From NCBI GenBank assembly GCA_039630105.1, contig JBCNVO010000044.1, positions 9,304 through 73,303 of the forward strand: 64,000 nucleotides of DNA, read 5' to 3'. Below are positions 25,404 to 34,817 of this stretch, one piece after another (the stretch's first letter is position 1; each line of letters begins with the position of its first letter). This DNA comes from Acidilobaceae archaeon (GTDB lineage Archaea; Thermoproteota; Thermoprotei_A; Sulfolobales; Acidilobaceae). A program made the translations under genes and the position numbers. The notes beneath the pieces were generated by a model that had not been told where the DNA came from, ran no database searches, and was given only the letters and a program-made list of their open reading frames with translations.

Positions 25404-26753
25404 TTGATCTTGGAGGAGAGGCTAGAGCTCCTCTGGAAGGACCTCCTTCAGAAGGAAGAGGAGAGGACTAGGAGGAGCAAGACAGTTTTCGAGAGGGCGA
25501 GGAAGGTCCTGCCAGCTGGCGTCACCTACCACACTCGTTACTTCAACCCCTACCCCATATACGTTGAGAGGGCTAAGGGGTCGAGAGTCTGGGACGTGGA
25601 TGGGAACGAGTACATAGACCTCTGGATGGGCCACGGCACCCACATCCTGGGCCACTCGCCAGAGGTAGCGCTGAACGTCGTAGGGGAGATCTCGAAGGTG
25701 GGAACTCACCTCGGCTACGAGAACCCCTATGCAGTAGAGTACGCAGAGCTCCTCGCGAAGGTGGTGCCTAACGTGGAGATGGTGAGGTTCTCGAACAGTG
25801 GCACAGAGGCAAATATGTACATTGTAAGGTTGGCGAGAGCTTACACGGGCAGGAAGTACCTGATCAAGATGGAGGGGGGGTGGCACGGAGGATACGACGT
25901 GCTCCACACTGGTGTAACTCCTCCCTTCACTGGGCCTGACTCTGCAGGCCTCCCAGAGGAGACCATAAAGTACACAATAGCAGTGCCTTACAACGATCTG
26001 AACGCCATGGAGGAGGTCCTGAGAAGGTACCCGGTAGCTGCAATTATACTGGAGCCTGTGATCGGCGCCGGCGGGTGCATTGAGCCCGTAGAGGGCTACC
26101 TCAAGGGGGCGAGGGAGCTAGCAGACAAATACGGAGCCCTCCTGGTCTTCGACGAGGTAATAACGGGCTTCAGGCTCTCCCCTGGAGGCGGTCAAGAGTA
26201 CTTCAACGTGGACGCAGACATCGTGGTCATGGGCAAGATAGTGGGAGGAGGGTATCCGGGGGCAGGGGCTTTCGGGGGGAGGAGGGAGATAATGGAGATG
26301 CTGGACCACATAAAGCACCCAGACCCGAGGTCGAGGCCCTTCCACGGCGGCACCTTCACAGGCAACCCCGTCTCCATGCTTGCCGGCATGGCCATGGTGA
26401 GCTACCTCCACAAGAACAGGGTCCTGTACGAGAGGGCAAAGGAGACGTGGGAGTGGGCAAAGAAAGAGATAGACAAAATCTGCGAGGAGAACGACAGGGC
26501 CTGCTGGGCCACTGGCACAACCACCATGGTTGGAGTGCACTTCACGAGAGTGAGGCCGAGGAACGTGAGGGAGGCATATGAGCTCAGGTGGAGCAAGAGG
26601 GCAGAGCAAGCCCTTCACGTCTACTCCAGGCTAAGGGGGATCTTGTATATGTCGGAGAAAATGCCCCACTTCCTCCCCTCCCTTATTCACACTCAGGAGG
26701 AGGCAAGGGCCACTGTGGATGTAGTGAGAGAATTCCTCTCCCTCCTAAGATAG
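25404..26753 (+). CDS. class-III aminotransferase, glutamate-1-semialdehyde 2,1-aminomutase-like
   Basis: 449 aa with a TTG start. Blocks FSNSGTEAN, DEVITGFRL, and the PLP lysine block MGKIVGGG. Confidence 0.85.
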   Translation: MILEERLELLWKDLLQKEEERTRRSKTVFERARKVLPAGVTYHTRYFNPYPIYVERAKGSRVWDVDGNEYIDLWMGHGTHILGHSPEVALNVVGEISKVGTHLGYENPYAVEYAELLAKVVPNVEMVRFSNSGTEANMYIVRLARAYTGRKYLIKMEGGWHGGYDVLHTGVTPPFTGPDSAGLPEETIKYTIAVPYNDLNAMEEVLRRYPVAAIILEPVIGAGGCIEPVEGYLKGARELADKYGALLVFDEVITGFRLSPGGGQEYFNVDADIVVMGKIVGGGYPGAGAFGGRREIMEMLDHIKHPDPRSRPFHGGTFTGNPVSMLAGMAMVSYLHKNRVLYERAKETWEWAKKEIDKICEENDRACWATGTTTMVGVHFTRVRPRNVREAYELRWSKRAEQALHVYSRLRGILYMSEKMPHFLPSLIHTQEEARATVDVVREFLSLLR

Positions 26754-27821
26754 GAGCCTCGGCAGGCTCTCCGAGTAGGGCCTCGTGGCTATCCCCTTTT
26801 CTGTCACTATGCCAGATATGAGCTCTGGCGGCGTCACGTCGAAGGCTGGGTTGTAGACCTCCACGTCCCTCAGCGTTAGCTCTGCCCTCCCCATTGCAGT
26901 GATCACCTCCTCCTTCCCCCTCTCCTCAATAACTATCTCTGTGTCCCACGACCTCTGGACTGTGCTGGTAGGGGCTGCCACGTAGAAGGGCTTGCCTGCA
27001 TGGTTTGCAGCGAGAGCTACTTGCAGCGTCCCTATCTTGTTCGCCACATGCCCAGTGAGGACTATCCTGTCTGCCCCCACTATGGCAAGGTCTGCCAGAC
27101 CCCTCTTCATAGTTATGGCAACAGCTCCGTCCACGATGAGCCTGAAGGGTATCCCCTCCTTCTTCAGCTCCCAGACGTTGAGCCTAGCTCCCTGGAGCAC
27201 AGGCCTCGTCTCCGTCGTTATTACCTCCACCCTCTTCCCCTCGTACCAAGCATACCTCACTATCCCAAGAGCTGTCCCGAAGCCTGCAGTAGCGAGGGCT
27301 CCCGTGTTGCAGTGGGTGAGCACCCTTGAGCCGTCCTCTATCAGCTTGGAGCCTACCCTCCCTATCTCCACGTTAGTTTTCACGTCCTCCACGTAGATCT
27401 TCATTGCCTCCTCCACTACTCCCTCCCTCACCTTGCCCAGATCTCCGGACAAAGCGTCCCTGCGAGCTCTCCCCATTACCCTCTCCAGGGCCCAGAAGAG
27501 GTTGTAGGCAGTAGGCCTGGTCGACGCCAGCACCCTCCTCGCCTCCTCCAGCTCTTCCAGCAGCCCCTCCACACCCCTCGCCCTGCTCCCCAGGGCAGCG
27601 AGGGCCATTCCAAAGGCAGCGGAGACGCCTATCGCTGGCGCTCCCCTTATCTCCAAGCTCCTGATCGCTTCAGCCACCCTCCTGTAGTCCCTCGTCCTCC
27701 TGTACACCTCCTCGAAGGGGAGCAGCCTCGTGTCCAGCCAGACGAACTCCCCCCTCTCCTCGTCGAAGTAAAGGGGCTTGATCTTGAGGAACTTCTCCAG
27801 CTTGTTTAGCTCAGAGTTCAA
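26745..27821 (-). CDS. mtnA: methylthioribose-1-phosphate isomerase (eIF-2B alpha/beta/delta-related family)
   Basis: 358 aa. Blocks WLDTRLLPFEE, IRGAPAIGVSAAFG, and VGADRI..G.VANKIGT. Confidence 0.8.
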   Translation of the reverse strand: MNSELNKLEKFLKIKPLYFDEERGEFVWLDTRLLPFEEVYRRTRDYRRVAEAIRSLEIRGAPAIGVSAAFGMALAALGSRARGVEGLLEELEEARRVLASTRPTAYNLFWALERVMGRARRDALSGDLGKVREGVVEEAMKIYVEDVKTNVEIGRVGSKLIEDGSRVLTHCNTGALATAGFGTALGIVRYAWYEGKRVEVITTETRPVLQGARLNVWELKKEGIPFRLIVDGAVAITMKRGLADLAIVGADRIVLTGHVANKIGTLQVALAANHAGKPFYVAAPTSTVQRSWDTEIVIEERGKEEVITAMGRAELTLRDVEVYNPAFDVTPPELISGIVTEKGIATRPYSESLPRLLS

Positions 27822-27873
27822 GGGAGAACCCTATTTGATGCAGGGCTAAGGCTAAATAAGATCGGGGAACGCT

Positions 27874-28734
27874 GTGGAGGGAGAGATGGAGCACTGCTCT
27901 GCTGTCCCAGCCCTCTCCCTTGGTCTGTACTACGAGCCCTCCCTGCACCCTAAGCCTGGAGCTGTAACGCCCTTAGCCCCCCACCGCGACAAGGACTTCC
28001 TCGACTTCGTATACAACGCTTCCCTCATAGAGCTGTCCCTCATGGAGTCCTGCAGGAGAGCCTCCATATCTGCTGGGCTTAGGAAGTACAGGGAGCTTGC
28101 AGTCGCTGCAGGCCTCAGGACGAACGTGGCCTTGGGCTCTGCCCTCCTCCACATACCCCTGTCCTCCGTCCTGAGAGAAGGCCTTTCGCCTCCAGAACAG
28201 CTGGCCCGCAGGGCCCACTACATGGTGACAGAAGGCGGGGAGGAGGAGGCGAGGGAGTACTACTTGCTGCTCGAGACCTTCAGGCCCTCCCACCTGGGCA
28301 GGTACGAGGGTCCCGTCCCCTCAGTCGGCTCTGGCTACCCGCGCTCCTTCGCCAGCGTGCTGAGGGCAGCCTCCTGGGACATGGTCCACAGGGAGCTCCT
28401 CAGCGGCTACAAGCTCTCCCTGGGAGTCCTAAGGGAGCTGAGGGGGGAAGGACCTCTGAAGTCCAAGGCCTTGAGGGCCCTCCTCCTGCTCCTCTCTGAA
28501 CACGGCGACACCCTCATAGGCAGCAAATACGGCTTCGCAGCCTACAAGAAGGTAAAGGAGGAGGCAAGGGAGGCCCTGCTGCTTTCTGAAAGGGTGGGAG
28601 AAGAAAAGGCAGTGGGCTGGCTCGACGAGCTCTGGAGGTCGAGGGGCTGGAACCCCGGCGCGGCCCTTGACGTCCTGAGCGTCTCGATCAGCTTATACAG
28701 CTACGAAAAAGTCCTGCCCTTCATTTCCTCCTAG
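27874..28734 (+). CDS. triphosphoribosyl-dephospho-CoA synthase (CitG/MdcB)-like protein
   Basis: N-terminal HPKPGAVTPLAPHRDKDFLDFVYNAS resembles the CitG family block. The start may be the ATG at 27886, which lies 26 nt downstream of a TAAATAA element (27853-27859). Confidence 0.5.
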   Translation: MEGEMEHCSAVPALSLGLYYEPSLHPKPGAVTPLAPHRDKDFLDFVYNASLIELSLMESCRRASISAGLRKYRELAVAAGLRTNVALGSALLHIPLSSVLREGLSPPEQLARRAHYMVTEGGEEEAREYYLLLETFRPSHLGRYEGPVPSVGSGYPRSFASVLRAASWDMVHRELLSGYKLSLGVLRELRGEGPLKSKALRALLLLLSEHGDTLIGSKYGFAAYKKVKEEAREALLLSERVGEEKAVGWLDELWRSRGWNPGAALDVLSVSISLYSYEKVLPFISS

Positions 28735-29926
28735 CTATCATGGGCTGGTACTTCAGCCCAGCGGGCCCTATGTACTTCTCCGTAGGCCTGATCAGCCTGT
28801 TGTCGAGTACCTGCTCTATGTAGTGGGAGGTCCAGCCCACTATCCTGCCCATGGCGAAGACAGGGGTGTACATGGGTATGGGGATGTCGAGTTGGTAGTA
28901 GAGTATGGCAGTGTAGAGGTCTATGTTTGCAGGCAGCTTCTTCGACTCCCACATGACCTTCTCCGAGTTCTTCAGCACCTTGTACCAGGTCTCGCCGTCC
29001 TTCAGCTTCCTCACGAACTCTGCAGCCACGTCAGTCCTGGGATCCTTGATCTTGTAAACTCTGTGCCCGAAGCCCATGATCCTCTCCTTCTTTACCAGCT
29101 TCTCCTTGATGTACTCCACCACGTACCCCTCTATAGGAACGCCCTTCTCGCTCGCCTTCTTCTTCACCTCCAGGAACATCTTCATGGCCTCCTCGTTTGC
29201 TCCGCCGTGGAGCGGGCCCTTGAGGGCAGATATGCCTGCGGCAGTAGCGCTGTACATGTCGCTGAGCGTGCTGCCCACGACCCTCACAGTAAAGGTAGAG
29301 GCATTGAAGCCGTGGTCCATGTAGAGCACGAGAGAGGACTCGAAGGCCCTCACCTCCAGCTCGCTGTGATCCCTCATAGTTATCATCCTCAGCACGTCGT
29401 GGGCATGGCTTAGCTCCCCCTCAGGCCTCAGGAAGGTGCCGTTGTGGGCAAGGTTGTAGGCAGCAGCAAAGATCACTGGTAGCTGGGCAATCAGCCTTAT
29501 CTGGTGCTCGTAAAGGTAGTCCCTCTCTATCCTCCACTCGGGGGCATATATCTGGCCCAAAAGCATAGCGCCGTATGCTCCGTAGTACATGGGGTGGGTC
29601 TGGGGGAGGAGCTTTAGGGCATCGTACACTTTCTCCGGCACCCTGGTCCTCCAGAAGTCTATCTTCTTCCTGTACTCGTTGTACTCCTCCTCCGTGGGCA
29701 AGGTGCCGTAAGAGATGAGGTATGCTGCCTCGTAGAAGTCAGCGTTCATCGCCAGGTCCTCTATCGTGTACCCTCTGTAAAGCGTGATCTCCCCCCTGGG
29801 GTCCACTCCGCTAATGTGTGTGGTGTCGGGTATGACCTGCTCAAGCCCCTTCGGCACCACGACGAAAGAACCCAGACCAGGGATCTCCTCTATCTTAACA
29901 TCTATCTTCTTCAGGAGCTCACTCAA
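28721..29926 (-). CDS. citrate synthase (or 2-methylcitrate synthase)
   Basis: 401 aa. Blocks LHGGANEEA and the signature GFGHRVYKIKDPR. Confidence 0.9.
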   Translation of the reverse strand: MSELLKKIDVKIEEIPGLGSFVVVPKGLEQVIPDTTHISGVDPRGEITLYRGYTIEDLAMNADFYEAAYLISYGTLPTEEEYNEYRKKIDFWRTRVPEKVYDALKLLPQTHPMYYGAYGAMLLGQIYAPEWRIERDYLYEHQIRLIAQLPVIFAAAYNLAHNGTFLRPEGELSHAHDVLRMITMRDHSELEVRAFESSLVLYMDHGFNASTFTVRVVGSTLSDMYSATAAGISALKGPLHGGANEEAMKMFLEVKKKASEKGVPIEGYVVEYIKEKLVKKERIMGFGHRVYKIKDPRTDVAAEFVRKLKDGETWYKVLKNSEKVMWESKKLPANIDLYTAILYYQLDIPIPMYTPVFAMGRIVGWTSHYIEQVLDNRLIRPTEKYIGPAGLKYQPMIARRK

Positions 29927-29984
29927 GGCCTACACCTCTATCAAATGACGAATTTGGCTTAATAAATATATCATAATATCAGAA

Positions 29985-31100
29985 TTATGCCTCCGAGAGG
30001 AGCTCCATGGGCTCTAGGCTGAGCTCCTCTGCAAGGCCTGAGTAGGAGAGGATCCCGGAGACCATGAGCCTCTCTGCGTCCTCCCTGCTCAGTCCCCTGG
30101 AGAGCAGGTAGAAGAGGTGATCTTGCGATATGTGAGATATCCCTGCAGAGTGGTTGCCCTTCGCGACGTCGCCTGAATGGATCTCCAACACGGGCACAGC
30201 AAAGCCCCTCGCCTCCTCCCCTATCATGACCACCTGCAGCTCTATCTCAGAAGATGCCTGGTAGGCGCTCTCCTCCACTATTGCAGAGCCGCGGAGGGAG
30301 AGGTAGCCCCTGTTCAGGGCTGCCCCCCTACCGCTGACTGTCACCTCGCTATATGCTCCCACGTTGTAGGAGTTGAGGATGAAGTCTGCCTTAGTGCCCC
30401 CTCTCGCCAACGAGCTGGCAAGGGCCTTCAGCTTTGCCTCCTTGCCCTTCACCACGTAGTCCACCTGCACCCTGCTCATCTTCCCGCCCACTACCAGGCT
30501 CCTGGACTCCACCTCAGCTTCATCGCTAATCAGCAGCTTCCCTGCAGTGAAGGCCACGCTGTCGCGGGAGTGGAGGGAGAGGAGGTGAACGCCGACCTTT
30601 GACCTCGGCTCGAATACTCCCTCGAAGAGGAAGGTCTTCAGGTTATGGCCAGAGGGCAGGACGTCGACTATGTACAGGTTGCCTGAAGACCCCTCAGCTG
30701 CCCTCAGCGTGAGGTGGTGCCCCATGTATGATTCGCCTCCTGTGCTGAGGACGAGCACGTTCCCGAAGTCCCCCCTCAGCTCCAGGTGAGCCCCTGCCCT
30801 CCAGCTAGCTGCATGGTAAGCAGTTACCTTGTCGCCCACCTGGAGGAGGCTGAAGGGCTCCCTCGGCGACCCAGATATCTCCACGCCCTCTGCTTTAGCG
30901 AAAGATATCTCCTTCCCGAGCTTCAGGTGAGCCTTCAGGTGAGACAGGTAGCGCGGGATCTCTAGCTCCCTCTCGGAGTAGGGCAGTCCGAGCCTCTCCT
31001 CAAAGGCCTTCCAGTCCGTGTAGTACTTTACTGTGGGGGTGTCAGCGATCTGTTGGAAGGGGAGGGCGCGGAAGAGCTCTACGTACTTTTGCCTTGCCAT
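29985..31100 (-). CDS. sufD: Fe-S cluster assembly protein SufD
   Basis: 371 aa, SufB/D beta-helix-like, immediately downstream of sufB with no gap. Confidence 0.8.
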   Translation of the reverse strand: MARQKYVELFRALPFQQIADTPTVKYYTDWKAFEERLGLPYSERELEIPRYLSHLKAHLKLGKEISFAKAEGVEISGSPREPFSLLQVGDKVTAYHAASWRAGAHLELRGDFGNVLVLSTGGESYMGHHLTLRAAEGSSGNLYIVDVLPSGHNLKTFLFEGVFEPRSKVGVHLLSLHSRDSVAFTAGKLLISDEAEVESRSLVVGGKMSRVQVDYVVKGKEAKLKALASSLARGGTKADFILNSYNVGAYSEVTVSGRGAALNRGYLSLRGSAIVEESAYQASSEIELQVVMIGEEARGFAVPVLEIHSGDVAKGNHSAGISHISQDHLFYLLSRGLSREDAERLMVSGILSYSGLAEELSLEPMELLSEA

Positions 31101-32531
31101 TTAGCCATAACCACCTAGCTTCTTGAACTCGAGCTGGATGACCTTTGTCAGTACCTGCGCGTACTCGAAGGGCAAGTCCACCATGATCTCGTCCAGGAAG
31201 CCCAGCACTATGAGGCTCTTTGCCTCGTCCTCCTCTATGCCCTTGCTCTGCATGTAGAAGAGCTGAGCCTCGCTCAGCCTGCCCGTCCTTGCCTCGTGGC
31301 TTACAGTAGCTGTGGGCTCGTCCACCTGGTTGTGCGGGTAAGTGTATGCCTTGCTCTTACTGTCGAATATCATTGCCTCACACTCCACGTTCGACGTAGC
31401 TTCCCTCGCCCCCTTCGCTATCCTTATGATACCTCTGTAAGTGTTAGTGCCCCCCTCTGCGCTCACAGACTTGTTTATTATCTTGCTCTTTGTGTTCTTG
31501 CCCACATGTATGGCCTTGCTCCCCGTGTCCTTGAGCACGGGGCCCTTTGCGAGCTGGATCACTGTGTTCCTCGTGGCGCTGTTGTCCCCCTTGAGCACAG
31601 TGCTGGGGTAAGTGTAGGTGATCTTGCTCCCAATGCTCCCCTCCACCCAGTCCACTCTCGCGCCCTCCTCTGCTATCCCTCTCTTGTTGTTGAAGTTTAT
31701 GACGTCCCTGCTCCAGTTCTGAACAGTCACTATCTTCACCTTTGCTCCCTTGTGGGCATATGCCTCCACCATCCCGTCGTGGAAGCTGAACCTGCTCAGC
31801 CTGGGGGCGCTGCAGCCCTCTATCCACGTTATCTCTGCGCCCTCATCTGCTACGATGAGGGAGTGCTCGAACTGACCCTCTGCAGACTTGCCAATGAGGA
31901 AGAAGGACTCTATGGGCTCCAGTATCCTGACCCCCTTGGGGACGTAGATGAAGACTCCTCCGCTCCAAAGGGCTCCGTGAAGAGCAGAGAACTTGTGCTC
32001 AGTGTAGGGGAAGACCTTGAGGAAGTACTCCTTCACGAGATCTGGGTACTTCTTCACAGCCTCCTCTAGCGGCATGACTATGACTCCCTTCTCGTTCAGG
32101 TACTTCTTGACCCTAGCGTAGACTGTCTCGCTGTCGTATATTGTGGTCAGGCCTGCGAGGAGCTTCTTCTCCAGCTCTGGTAGCCCTAGCCTGTCGTAGT
32201 AATCCCTGAGCTCCTTTGGCAAGTCTTCCCAGCTGCTCACCAGCTGGGCCTCTGGCTTGGAGTAGACCACCAGCTGCTCTAGGTCTATGCTCTCTATGCC
32301 AGTCACCCACTTTGGCATGGGGAGCTTGTGGAAGAACTCGAGGCTCTTGAGCCTGAGCCTCTTCATCCACTCTGGCTCCCCCTTTATCCTGCTTATCTCC
32401 TCTATAGTGCTTGGGTTTATGTCCCCCTTCAGCTCAACTTCGCTCTTGTAAGGCCTCTCGTGTCCTAGGAGCTCCACTGCAGCATCCGTGCTCCTGAAGA
32501 TCTCCTCCCTCAGCTCCACAGGCTTGCCCAC
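31101..32531 (-). CDS. sufB: Fe-S cluster assembly protein SufB
   Basis: 476 aa. The C-terminal FYMQSKGIEEDEAKSLIVLGF block is typical of SufB. GTG start preceded by AGGAGGTG. Confidence 0.9.
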   Translation of the reverse strand: MGKPVELREEIFRSTDAAVELLGHERPYKSEVELKGDINPSTIEEISRIKGEPEWMKRLRLKSLEFFHKLPMPKWVTGIESIDLEQLVVYSKPEAQLVSSWEDLPKELRDYYDRLGLPELEKKLLAGLTTIYDSETVYARVKKYLNEKGVIVMPLEEAVKKYPDLVKEYFLKVFPYTEHKFSALHGALWSGGVFIYVPKGVRILEPIESFFLIGKSAEGQFEHSLIVADEGAEITWIEGCSAPRLSRFSFHDGMVEAYAHKGAKVKIVTVQNWSRDVINFNNKRGIAEEGARVDWVEGSIGSKITYTYPSTVLKGDNSATRNTVIQLAKGPVLKDTGSKAIHVGKNTKSKIINKSVSAEGGTNTYRGIIRIAKGAREATSNVECEAMIFDSKSKAYTYPHNQVDEPTATVSHEARTGRLSEAQLFYMQSKGIEEDEAKSLIVLGFLDEIMVDLPFEYAQVLTKVIQLEFKKLGGYG

Positions 32532-32545
32532 TCGTCACACCTCCT

Positions 32546-32558
32546 TTAACGCTGTTAA
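32546..32558. promoter_or_regulatory. perfect palindrome TTAAC-GCT-GTTAA 14 nt upstream of the sufB start
   Basis: Read directly from the sequence. It shares the 11-mer TTAACAGCGTT (minus strand) with the trxB upstream site and the TTAAC-N3-GTTAA form with the sufC site. Confidence 0.5.
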
Positions 32559-32587
32559 CGAAGAGTTATATGGGGAGGTAATAACCC

Positions 32588-33337
32588 TCATTTCCTCCAC
32601 TCCCTCGCGACTGCGTATCCCTTCTCCTCTATCGCATATGCAAGCTCAGCTCCCCCTCTTGCCACAACCTCTCCCCCTATGATGACTGTCACCTCGTCTG
32701 GAGCTACGTGTTTCAGGAGCCTTGCGTAGTGGGTTATGAGCATGACTCCCTTCCCCTCGTCCCTGAAGCGCCTCACGTACTCTGCCACCTTCTTTATCCC
32801 GTCGATGTCCAGGCCAGAGTCGGGCTCGTCCAGGATAACGACCCTAGGCTTCAGGAGGGTTGCCTGGAGGAGCTCGCTCCTCTTCCTCTCCCCGCCACTG
32901 AAGCCCACGTTGGTCTCCCTCTGGAGGAACTCCACGCCCAGCCCTAGCTCTGAAGCTATGGCCCTCATGTTCCTCATGAGGCTCGGGTCCTTCACCTTCG
33001 TGAGCTCTGCCTCTCCGAGCCTCTTGTTGTTTGCAGCCAAGATCAGGGTGCCCAGCCTCACTCCGGGGAGCGCAGGCGGGTCCTGCATCCCCAGGTATAT
33101 CCCCTTGAGGGCCCTCTCGTGAGTCTCCATTTCCAGTATGCTCTCCCCGTCTAGGAGTATGTCGCCCTCCACCACCTGATAGCCTTCCCTGCCCATGATG
33201 GCATAGGCAAGGGAGGACTTGCCGCTCCCGTTGGGTCCCATTATGGCGTGCACTGTGCCGTATTTCACGCTAAGGCTCACTCCCTTCAGAATAAGCTTAT
33301 CCCCTATCCTCAGTGATAGGTTCCTGACCTCCAGCAT
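32588..33337 (-). CDS. sufC: Fe-S cluster assembly ATPase SufC
   Basis: 249 aa. Walker A GPNGSGKS, ABC signature FSGGERKR, Walker B VILDEPDSGLD. Confidence 0.95.
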   Translation of the reverse strand: MLEVRNLSLRIGDKLILKGVSLSVKYGTVHAIMGPNGSGKSSLAYAIMGREGYQVVEGDILLDGESILEMETHERALKGIYLGMQDPPALPGVRLGTLILAANNKRLGEAELTKVKDPSLMRNMRAIASELGLGVEFLQRETNVGFSGGERKRSELLQATLLKPRVVILDEPDSGLDIDGIKKVAEYVRRFRDEGKGVMLITHYARLLKHVAPDEVTVIIGGEVVARGGAELAYAIEEKGYAVAREWRK

Positions 33338-33348
33338 CTTCGCTCACT

Positions 33349-33361
33349 TTAACACCGTTAA
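33349..33361. promoter_or_regulatory. perfect palindrome TTAAC-ACC-GTTAA 11 nt upstream of the sufC start
   Basis: Read directly from the sequence. It occupies most of the 33-nt gap between the Grx-like gene and sufC. Confidence 0.5.
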
Positions 33362-33370
33362 ATGAGACTA

Positions 33371-34108
33371 TTAAATCTGATCTAGACCCATCACGTACTC
33401 TATGTACTCTTTGTCTCCATATATCGTGGACTGCTCCCTAGCCACCTTCTCCATTAGCCTCTCCCCCTCTCCCTCCAAGATGCTGAGGGCCAGCTCTACC
33501 CCCCTCTCGTTCCTCCTCATCGGGTTCAGGGGCAGCCCTGCCCTCCCTATGCTGGCCTTTGCCAACAACCAAGAGTAGAAAGCCACCTTGTCTGCCCTCG
33601 CCTCTCTCCCCCCTGCCCAGTAAAGCTCCCTCACATATGCCATGCTCACAGTCCTGGCTATCTTCGCCTCAACGCTCTCGTAAAGAGCCTTAGAGGACCT
33701 CAGCAACTCCATAAAGACCTCCCTCTCGTCCAGACCTGAGAAAGGTGACCTGAGGGCAGCCCTCACGAAGTTATGAGACAAAGCGGGGGCAATGTCGCCG
33801 TGGAGGAGCGAAACCGACGAGGAGAAGGAGCTGCTCACCAGAGCCCTCACGAAGGCTTCTTCAGGCCTCCCTATGCTCGGTGCGTAGTTCCCAGAGGCCA
33901 TCTGTTCCACCTCCTCTGCAGCTAGGGGATCTGTGGCAGCTGGCAATCCCTCCACCTCCACCCAGGGAACGCTCACTATCCCTCTAGAGAGAGGCGCCTG
34001 GGGGCTCCTGAGCACCTTGAACTCGAGGCCTCTGAGGAGCTTCCCCTTGAGCTCCTTCACAAGGTGGTAGCTGGAGTAGCAGGTGGAGTGAACGTATACA
34101 GTTATCAT
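33371..34108 (-). CDS. hypothetical protein: N-terminal thioredoxin/glutaredoxin-like fold with a CxxS motif plus a helical C-terminal domain
   Basis: 245 aa. ITVYVHSTCYSSYHLVKEL...SVPWVEVEG fits a Grx-like beta1/active-site/alpha1 and cis-Pro pattern. I recognise nothing in the remainder. It sits directly upstream of sufC and has a 4-nt overlap with the kinase gene. Confidence 0.45.
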   Translation of the reverse strand: MITVYVHSTCYSSYHLVKELKGKLLRGLEFKVLRSPQAPLSRGIVSVPWVEVEGLPAATDPLAAEEVEQMASGNYAPSIGRPEEAFVRALVSSSFSSSVSLLHGDIAPALSHNFVRAALRSPFSGLDEREVFMELLRSSKALYESVEAKIARTVSMAYVRELYWAGGREARADKVAFYSWLLAKASIGRAGLPLNPMRRNERGVELALSILEGEGERLMEKVAREQSTIYGDKEYIEYVMGLDQI

Positions 34109-34734
34109 GCTTTCACCCGCTTAAACGTCTCCGTCCAGTTAAAAATGAACCTCTCTACGTCCCTGAAGGCGCTCAGGGAGCACTCTGCCTTGTACCTCCT
34201 CAGCAGCTCCTTGAGCTCCTCCCCTATTGAAATTCCCATCCTAGGCAGGAGGCCTCCCAGCAGGGAGGGAACGTTGGAGCAGCCCTCCCCTGAGGACTCG
34301 TAGTCCACTATCATGGCCCTAGCTCCTCTGTGTGCCCCGCTGAATAAGACGTTCTTCCAAGGCCTGTTGATCTCGAGGTGCTCTATGTTCGCTGCGTCGA
34401 GCGCCCTGGCTGCCCTCAGGGCCTCTGCTATAGCCCAACTTTCCACGCCTTCCTCCACTAGCTCCCTCAGCTCAGGCCCTAGCACTGCCTCCATGATCAC
34501 TACGTCGTCGTCCCAATAAAGGGGTCTTGGAGCAGCCCCTGCCCTGCTGGCAAGCTCCAGCACCTCCCCCTCCCTGAAAAGGCTCTCCCTCTTGCTGTCG
34601 GTCCTCCTGACCTTCGCTGCCACGACCTCCCCCTCGAGGAGAGCTGCGACCACTACGCTCGAGTGCCCCTTCCCCAGCACCTTGATCCTCGCGAGGGGGA
34701 GCTCAGACCTGCCGAAGCTGAGAACCCTCTCCAC
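34105..34734 (-). CDS. small atypical Ser/Thr protein kinase-like protein (archaeal COG2112-type)
   Basis: G-loop LGKGHSSVV, Lys AAKVRR, catalytic-loop-like IEHLEINRPWKNVLF, DFG-like IVDYES. The start is taken at the first canonical start codon (GTG 34734) downstream of the cca stop. The 309-aa ORF in the track overlaps cca and is not credible. Confidence 0.6.
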   Translation of the reverse strand: MERVLSFGRSELPLARIKVLGKGHSSVVVAALLEGEVVAAKVRRTDSKRESLFREGEVLELASRAGAAPRPLYWDDDVVIMEAVLGPELRELVEEGVESWAIAEALRAARALDAANIEHLEINRPWKNVLFSGAHRGARAMIVDYESSGEGCSNVPSLLGGLLPRMGISIGEELKELLRRYKAECSLSAFRDVERFIFNWTETFKRVKA

Positions 34735-34817
34735 TCCGACACGCGAGAGCCTGAGGGCCCTCTCAGCGCAGCCCTCGCCGCTAGGGTAGCAGAGCGCAAG
34801 GAGTGCCTGAGGAGAGC

